A stretch of DNA of 64,000 nt from assembly GCA_963803435.1 (NCBI GenBank), contig CAWDML010000009.1, forward strand, positions 64,001-128,000. Reading direction: 5' to 3'. A program made the position numbers and the translations under genes. The DNA comes from an uncultured delta proteobacterium (GTDB taxonomy: Bacteria; Myxococcota; Kuafuiibacteriia; Kuafuiibacteriales; Kuafuiibacteriaceae). This document shows, one piece after another, positions 57,975 through 64,000 of this stretch. The notes under the pieces are model-generated. The model had not been told where the DNA came from, ran no database searches, and was given only the letters and a program-made list of their open reading frames with translations. Within the stretch, counting starts at the first letter, position 1. Every line of letters begins with the position of its first letter.

Positions 57975-58921
57975 TAGAATCTCCCCGCGACGCCGGCGCC
58001 GCCGGGACCGACCGCCGGCACGAGCGCGACGGGGGCGCTGTCGTTCGCGGGCCCGCGGGTGACGAACAGCAGCACCACGCCGGTGGCGACGCCTGCGATC
58101 CCCACGCCGTAGGCGACATGCGCGACGATGGCGTCGCGACGCGCGTCCTCCTGCAGCGCGACGATGTCCGCCTTGGGCAGCGGCGTCTGGCGCGCCGCCT
58201 TCTCGTGGTCGATCGCCTTCAGCGCCAGCGCGGTGAAGACGGCGCCCGTCGCCAGGCCGGCCGCACCGACGCCGAACCCGACCCAGGTGAACGGGCTCGG
58301 ACCTGGGCTCGGCGGGGTGGTGTCGACCCGGAGCGGCGGCGGTGGCGGTGGTGGCGGGGGCGCGGCCTTGAGCGGCAGCTCGAGCGTCAGCGCCTGCGGC
58401 TGTCCGCGGGCGACCGAGATCGTCTTCATGGCGCGCTCGTGCCCGGACAGGTCCAGCACCAACGTGTAGTCGCCGGGCAGCAGCCGCGTGGTGAAGGGCG
58501 TCTCACCGCGAAACGTTCCGTCGACGGCGACCCGTGCCCCCGCCGGCGTGGAGTCGATCGCGATCTCGACCCGACAGGTGCGCTCGACGTCGGCCAGGGT
58601 CTTCCTCGCCCGGGACTGAAGCTTGCAGCCGTCGCACTCGGTGAAGAACCAATCGAAGGTGTCGAGGCTGTCCTGGCAGTGGCCCGGCCAGCGGTCGTAG
58701 GCCACCGCGATGTTGAGGAGGAAACCAGGGTGTGGGATGAGCGCGTACGCGTCCTCCATCTCCGCGATGCCGCCGGCGTAGTCGCCGGCCTCGAAGAGCT
58801 GGAACGCCTTGTTCTTGTGGGCGGCCACGCGGGCTTTCTTGCTCTGGGCGCCGGCCGGGCCGCCGAGCGCGAGGATGAGGGTTGTGACGGTCATCAACCC
58901 GATGAACCCGGCGCGAGTCAT
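57974..58921 (-). CDS. TPR plus PEGA domain protein
   Basis: IDSTPAGARVAVDG...GETP motif; N-terminal TPR; C-terminal hydrophobic region ending GRF. Confidence 0.85.
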   Translation of the reverse strand: MTRAGFIGLMTVTTLILALGGPAGAQSKKARVAAHKNKAFQLFEAGDYAGGIAEMEDAYALIPHPGFLLNIAVAYDRWPGHCQDSLDTFDWFFTECDGCKLQSRARKTLADVERTCRVEIAIDSTPAGARVAVDGTFRGETPFTTRLLPGDYTLVLDLSGHERAMKTISVARGQPQALTLELPLKAAPPPPPPPPPLRVDTTPPSPGPSPFTWVGFGVGAAGLATGAVFTALALKAIDHEKAARQTPLPKADIVALQEDARRDAIVAHVAYGVGIAGVATGVVLLFVTRGPANDSAPVALVPAVGPGGAGVAGRF

Positions 58922-59015
58922 CTTCCCCTGTTATACGGTGCTCGCGCCCGAACTTCACCGTCCCTCTGGAAGGTAGGATGACGAAAGACGGAGCGTAGGA
59001 TCCCTGGGGTCTGGG

Positions 59016-60466
59016 TTGTCGTTTTCAGGTCTCATCGAGTGCCCGACCTGCGGGTGTAGCTACCCGCCCGGGACCGAGCATTGTCCCATGGACGGGACCC
59101 GCCTCTCGCTGACCGCGTTCGACGAGGCGGTCACCATCGACGATCCGCTGATCGGCTCCACGCTCGACGGTCGCTATCAGGTGCTGGAGCTGGTGGGCCG
59201 CGGCGGCATGGGCGCGGTCTATCGCGCGCGCCAGGTCAACATCGGACGCGACGTCGCGGTGAAGGTCGTCAACAGCTTCGTGCTTCAGGAGCCGTCGCTC
59301 ATCCGCCGCTTCGAGAACGAGGCCCGCATCATCTCCGCGCTCCGCCACCCCAATACGCTCAAGCTGATCGACTTCGGCAAGACGCGGGACCAGCGGCCGT
59401 ACCTGGTGACCGAGTTTCTAGTGGGCCGTCCTCTCGAACGCGTGGTGAAGGAGGGGGCCGTCGACGTCTTCTGGATCCTGCGCATCGTGCGCCAGGTGGT
59501 CGATGCCCTGACCGAGGCGCATGCGGCCGGCATCGTGCATCGCGATCTCAAGCCGGACAACATCTTCATCGAGCACGTCGGCGGCGACGACATCGTGCGC
59601 GTGCTCGACTTCGGGATCGCGAAGCTCGGACACCAGGGGCACACCGCGACCGGCACGCTCTTCGGGACGCCAACGTACATGTCGCCGGAGCAGGCCCGCG
59701 GTGAGGTCGCGGACGCGCGCAGCGATCTCTACAGCCTGGGCGTGATCTTGTTCCGCGCGATCAGCGGCCGGCCGCCGTTCCTCGCCGAGGAGCCGATGGC
59801 GCTCTTGCTGCAGCACGTGAACGAGGCCCCGCCGCTCCTCTCGCAGGTGGCGCCGCAGGTGGTCCCCCCCGAGGTGGAGCAGCTGGTGATGGCGCTCCTG
59901 GAGAAGGAGCCGGGGCGCCGTCCCGCTTCCGCCCAGGAGGTCAAGCAGCACATCGAGGCGGTGCTTCAGGCGACCCCGAGCCAGCCGGTGGCCCGCCCCT
60001 ATCCCACGCCGGCGCCCAACCTGGGCACGGCGATCGAATCCCCACGCCGCGGCCCCGTTCAGCACGGGCTTGATCACGACGGGGCTCCTCGACGACCTCA
60101 GGGGCCCGAACCTGCTCAAGCCGCTCGGGTTGGCGCTCCTGGCCCTCGCCATCGGGGTGGTCGCCGGCGCGTTCGCCATCCGCCAGGACTCGAAGGAGGT
60201 GCCCGCCAAGGTGGTGGCGCCGCCGCCGTCGCGCCCGCGGCTCGTGAGCCCGAAGACGTTCGAAGCGCCGCCGAAGCTGGAGCCGCCGCCGAAGGTGGAG
60301 CTGCCACCGAAGGCCGAGGCGAAGAAGGTCTCGCCCCGAATCCAAGTCGGAGCGGAGGAAGAAGCGGGACAAGGAGAAGGTCCATCCCGCCGGCCGGGAC
60401 AAGACGAGTCCGCCCGCCGACGAGAAACCGCCGCCGGGTTTCATCGACTTCGAAGTCGGTGACTGA
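59016..60466 (+). CDS. Membrane Ser/Thr protein kinase with N-terminal zinc ribbon (frameshifts at ~60038 and ~60340)
   Basis: GRGGMGAVY, VAVK, HRDLKPDN, DFG and YMSPEQ motifs; deleting one A in each GAATC (60036-60040, 60338-60342) restores the TM segment and a stop at 60466. Confidence 0.9.
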
Positions 60467-60674
60467 CGGCGCCGAAGGCTCGTTTCGGCACGTCCTTTTA
60501 TCGAACGAGCTGTCGCCGTTCACCCCACCGTGGAAGGGTGCCACACTTCCATCGATGCGCCGCATCGCGCTCCGGGGTGCGAATTGGAGTGGAACCGTGC
60601 TGGGCGAGTTCCCGCTCGGGTCCTTCCAAGGGGGCATTGAAGTCCGTGATTCGCGCCGCGAATAGTCGCGCGCC

Positions 60675-62414
60675 ATGAGAAGTCATCACGTCGCCGCGGC
60701 GATTTTCCTCAGCGCGGCGATCCATGCTCAAGCCTGTTCGAAGGACCCGTCGACGTCGGCGGAGGACGAGCTCACGGCGCGCTCCGGGACCCTTCCCGGC
60801 ATCGAGCCGAGCAGTGACCCCTCGGGCCGCCGGTGCCTCCGCTTCACCCCGACCGAGGGCTGCCCGCCGCTCGAGACGCGCGATGCCGGCATGACCGGCG
60901 AGATGGACGCCGGCATGGCGGGGGACGCCGGGGCCGAGGTCGACGCCGGCACCAGCGTCGCGATGGACGCGGGCCAGCAGGTCCACGCGCCGGCCGTCTA
61001 CGGCTGGAACCTCGACTTCATCTACGGCGGCGGGTTCGTCTTCGCCGACAAGATGAAAATGGCGCGCCCGTGGGTCAGCTGCAGCGGCAGCACCTGGGAT
61101 GACGGGCGTGCGCTGGCGGTGGATGCGAACGGATGGCCGACGTCGCTCCTTGCGGGCCAGGAAGCGGCGACGCTGACGAAGGTGCACGGCGGCGGCCACT
61201 ACGTGGTCACCTGGACGGGCGCCGGCAGCGTGGACGTGCGCGATCACCTGGGGTTCGTCAGCCAGCAGCCGAACCGCGTGGTCGTCGATACCGAACCCGA
61301 GGCGCTCCTGCAGCTCCGGATCGTGCAGGTGCCGGTCCACAACCTCCAGGTGCGCAGGGAGGGCGCGCCGGCCAGCGACGTCTGGGATCCGATCTTCGTG
61401 CAGCGCCTCGCCGGCGCCGGCGTCGTTCGCTACATGCAGTGGGGTATGACCAACGGCGACGAGGGCGGCGTCCCGTCGACGTGGAGCGAGCGCAGCCAGC
61501 CCGACTACTTCACGCAGAATCAGAGGTTCGGCGTCGCGTACGAGCACATGATCGCGCTCAGCAACGATCTGGGCGTCGACGCGTGGATCAACGTGCCGCA
61601 CCTCGCGGACGACACGTACGTGCAGAACCTGGCGAACATGCTTCGGGACACGCTCGATCCCGGCCTCAAGGTCTACGTCGAGTGGTCCAACGAGGTCTGG
61701 AACGACAGCTTCCCGCAGGCGTTGTATGCGCGACAGATGGGCGCTGCGGCCGGTCTCGGCGGCGGCGACTCGCACCTGGCGCGCCTGCAGTATCAGTCGC
61801 GGCGAACGCGTCAGGTGTTCGAGATCTTCGAGCAGGTCTTTGCCGGGCAGATGAACCGCCTGGTGCGCGTGGTGGCGTCGCAGGAGGGCAACGACTGGAA
61901 CGACGCCCAGCTGATGGGCTTCGAGGGCCTGGCCGCGCACGCCGACGCCCTGGCGGTGGCGCCGTACTTCGGCCACAACGCGGGCCGCCAGCAAAACGCG
62001 CAGTCCGTGCGGAGCGGAGGCGTGAGCTGGGTGCTCGACTTCATGGAGCAGTCGGCGCTCCCACAGCTGATCTCCGAGATCCAGATGTCCGCGGCCTCGG
62101 CGAGCCAGTGGGGCGTGCCTCTCATCGCCTACGAGGGCGGACAGCACCTGGTGGCCGAGCCGTCGCTGCAAAACGACACCTCCATCACCTCGGTGCTGGA
62201 GGCGGCGCAGCGCGACCCGCGCATGTACGATCTGTACCGCCAGCTCCTCTCCGCATGGGATGCAGCGGGCGGCAGCTTGTTCGTCCACTACACGTACACC
62301 GGGACGTGGAACAAGTGGGGCTACTGGGGCGCGCTCGAGTCGAACGACTCCGCCCTGAGCTCCGACGGCGCACACAAGTATCGCGCGATCCTCGACTGGG
62401 CCGCGACGCATTGA
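60675..62414 (+). CDS. Lipoprotein glycoside hydrolase-like protein (clan GH-A-like)
   Basis: WINVPH, VYVEWSNEVWN and IAYEGGQH motifs with two candidate catalytic Glu. Confidence 0.72.
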   Translation: MRSHHVAAAIFLSAAIHAQACSKDPSTSAEDELTARSGTLPGIEPSSDPSGRRCLRFTPTEGCPPLETRDAGMTGEMDAGMAGDAGAEVDAGTSVAMDAGQQVHAPAVYGWNLDFIYGGGFVFADKMKMARPWVSCSGSTWDDGRALAVDANGWPTSLLAGQEAATLTKVHGGGHYVVTWTGAGSVDVRDHLGFVSQQPNRVVVDTEPEALLQLRIVQVPVHNLQVRREGAPASDVWDPIFVQRLAGAGVVRYMQWGMTNGDEGGVPSTWSERSQPDYFTQNQRFGVAYEHMIALSNDLGVDAWINVPHLADDTYVQNLANMLRDTLDPGLKVYVEWSNEVWNDSFPQALYARQMGAAAGLGGGDSHLARLQYQSRRTRQVFEIFEQVFAGQMNRLVRVVASQEGNDWNDAQLMGFEGLAAHADALAVAPYFGHNAGRQQNAQSVRSGGVSWVLDFMEQSALPQLISEIQMSAASASQWGVPLIAYEGGQHLVAEPSLQNDTSITSVLEAAQRDPRMYDLYRQLLSAWDAAGGSLFVHYTYTGTWNKWGYWGALESNDSALSSDGAHKYRAILDWAATH

Positions 62415-62450
62415 GCGCTGGCTGGCCGCTCCCTTGCAGCGCCGATCCTC

Positions 62451-62849
62451 ATGGGACGGTTCGGCATTCGTGCGGCGATTGCGATCTTGGTGCTGCTCGG
62501 AGTGGGCGCGACGGCCATGGTCGTGTCCGCACAGCAGGAGTCGTTCATGGCAGCCTGCATCGATCGCGCGCACGAGGCGACGCTCCTCGACGAGAACGAG
62601 ATCATCTCGCTCTGTAACGGAGCGCCCTCCGAGGGTCCGGCGATCTGCTACGCCACGGCGCAGGTGATGACCACGCTCGACAACGTCGAAGGGATCAATC
62701 TTTGCCGTTGTGCGGCCTCGGAGCAGCCCGTCACGTGCTATCAAGCGCTGCGCGCCCGGACCAACCTGTTCATCGACCAGGCGATCGCGCTCTGCAGCGA
62801 CATCACGGTTCGCAATCTCTTCCCCAATTGCCAGCCGCGCGTCCGGTGA
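62451..62849 (+). CDS. Small secreted Cys-repeat protein
   Basis: Signal peptide; IxLCxxAxSxxPxxCY repeats. Confidence 0.7.
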   Translation: MGRFGIRAAIAILVLLGVGATAMVVSAQQESFMAACIDRAHEATLLDENEIISLCNGAPSEGPAICYATAQVMTTLDNVEGINLCRCAASEQPVTCYQALRARTNLFIDQAIALCSDITVRNLFPNCQPRVR

Positions 62850-62885
62850 CCTTCGCCTGGCGCGGCGTTTGCTCCTTCGACCTCG

Positions 62886-63516
62886 GTGCGGGCGTTCCTG
62901 ATCGGGTTCGGCATCGGCTTCGTGTCGTCGATTCCGCCGCTCGGTCCGGGTGCGCTGCTGGTGATGCGGCGCGGCCTCGAGGGACGGATCCGGGCCGGGA
63001 TGTGCGCCGCCATGGGCGGAGCGATCGCGGACGCCCTCTACTGCGGGCTGGCCGTGCTCGGCCTCAGCTTCCTGTACTACAGCCACCCGGACGTGGCGCT
63101 CTCGATGCGCTGGGCCGGCGTGGTGATCCTGGCCGGCGTCGGGATTCTGGTTCCTCACCCGAAGACCCGGAAGGACGGACGCCGAGAGGGGAGACGAGAA
63201 CGGGACGGGGCTCTTCGGGCACCTGATCCTCGGCTTCTCGCTCACCGGCTTCAACCCCGTCCTCTTGGTCACCTGGACCACGGCGGTGGCGATGGTCGCG
63301 TCGCTGGGCGGCGTCATCTTCTCCGGCTCCGGCCGCTTCACCTTCCCGCTCGGCGTCGGGATCGGCGACCTCGCCTGGTGCCTGATCCTGCTGGTGCTGC
63401 TCCGCCGTCTCGGGCGCGCGCTCTCCGACCGGACGCTCTACCGCCTCCTGCGGGCCATCGGCGTCGGGCTGCTGGGGCTGGCCGCCGTCTTCGCGATCAA
63501 GCTGGCGACGGCCTGA
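62886..63516 (+). CDS. LysE family translocator (frameshift at ~63145)
   Basis: PPLGP, GGAIADALY and GFSLTGFNP motifs; deleting one T in GATTC (63143-63147) joins both halves. Confidence 0.85.
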
Positions 63517-64000
63517 GATCTCCCTCGAGGCTCGCGTCCAGCGCGCCTCCGAGCAGGATCGAGAACGCGGACAGGAACAGCCACAGCATCAGGATGATCA
63601 CGGCCCCGAGCGATCCGTAGACGCGGTTCACGTTTCCGAAGTGCGCCACGTAGACCGACAGCCCCACGGAGGCGCCCAGCCAGAGGATGGTGGCCGCGAC
63701 CGATCCGACGCTCGCCCATTTCCAGCGCGCCGCTCGTCGGTCGGGACCGATCCGATAGATCGCCGCGATTCCGATCATCAGCAGGAGGATCGTGACGGGC
63801 CAACGCCCCACCGCGATCGCCGTCCGCGCCGCCTCCCCCAGGCCGAGCAATCCCAGCGAGCGCGGAAGCACCGTGATCATCGCGATCAGCACCAGCGAGA
63901 ACCCAACCAGGACCGCGGTCATCAGCATCGACTCTGCGTTCAGCACCAGGAAGCTGCGCGTCTCTCGCTCGCCGTACACGATGGTGAGGGCCTCGAAGAG
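63497..64000 (-). CDS. YihY/virulence factor BrkB family membrane protein (5' truncated by window edge)
   Basis: IYRIGP and YGSLGAVIILMLWLFLSAFSILLGG motifs. Confidence 0.9.
   Translation of the reverse strand, partial: LFEALTIVYGERETRSFLVLNAESMLMTAVLVGFSLVLIAMITVLPRSLGLLGLGEAARTAIAVGRWPVTILLLMIGIAAIYRIGPDRRAARWKWASVGSVAATILWLGASVGLSVYVAHFGNVNRVYGSLGAVIILMLWLFLSAFSILLGGALDASLEGDLRPSPA

Noticed and set aside
2261-63147. Programmed frameshifting or true pseudogenes at the seven broken sites
   Set aside because: No slippery sequences, unrelated genes, no other decay, and an identical GATC context all favour systematic sequencing error

Overview
High-GC chromosomal window that looks myxobacterial (Myxococcota-like): many Cys-rich, vWA, IPT/TIG and PEGA lipoproteins, a MYXO-CTERM-like tail and a Ser/Thr kinase, interleaved with housekeeping genes (moeA, proBA, folK, PduO-type adenosyltransferase, DEAD-box helicase, Dcp). 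I call about 56 CDS and saw no rRNA, tRNA or CRISPR array. Highlights: (1) a stand-alone bacterial histone gene (Bd0055/face-to-face-like fold) with a Lys-rich N-terminal tail, preceded by a GATC-dense repeat cluster, phased A/T tracts, a sigma70-like promoter and a hairpin-rich leader; (2) seven frameshifts in six unrelated genes, each repaired by converting GATTC/GAATC back to GATC, most likely a sequencing signature of a DNA modification at GATC; (3) a coupled six-gene operon with a channel/RCK protein, two degenerate GlmU-like paralogs and a pseudo-protease; (4) mirror-image surface-lipoprotein operons sharing a Cys-rich paralog; (5) an orphan SycD-like chaperone near a degenerate CpaF-like ATPase; (6) two small non-autonomous IS derivatives (IS4-like, IS1182-like), each inserted at a stop codon. 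All family assignments come from motif recognition by eye; no database searches were run.
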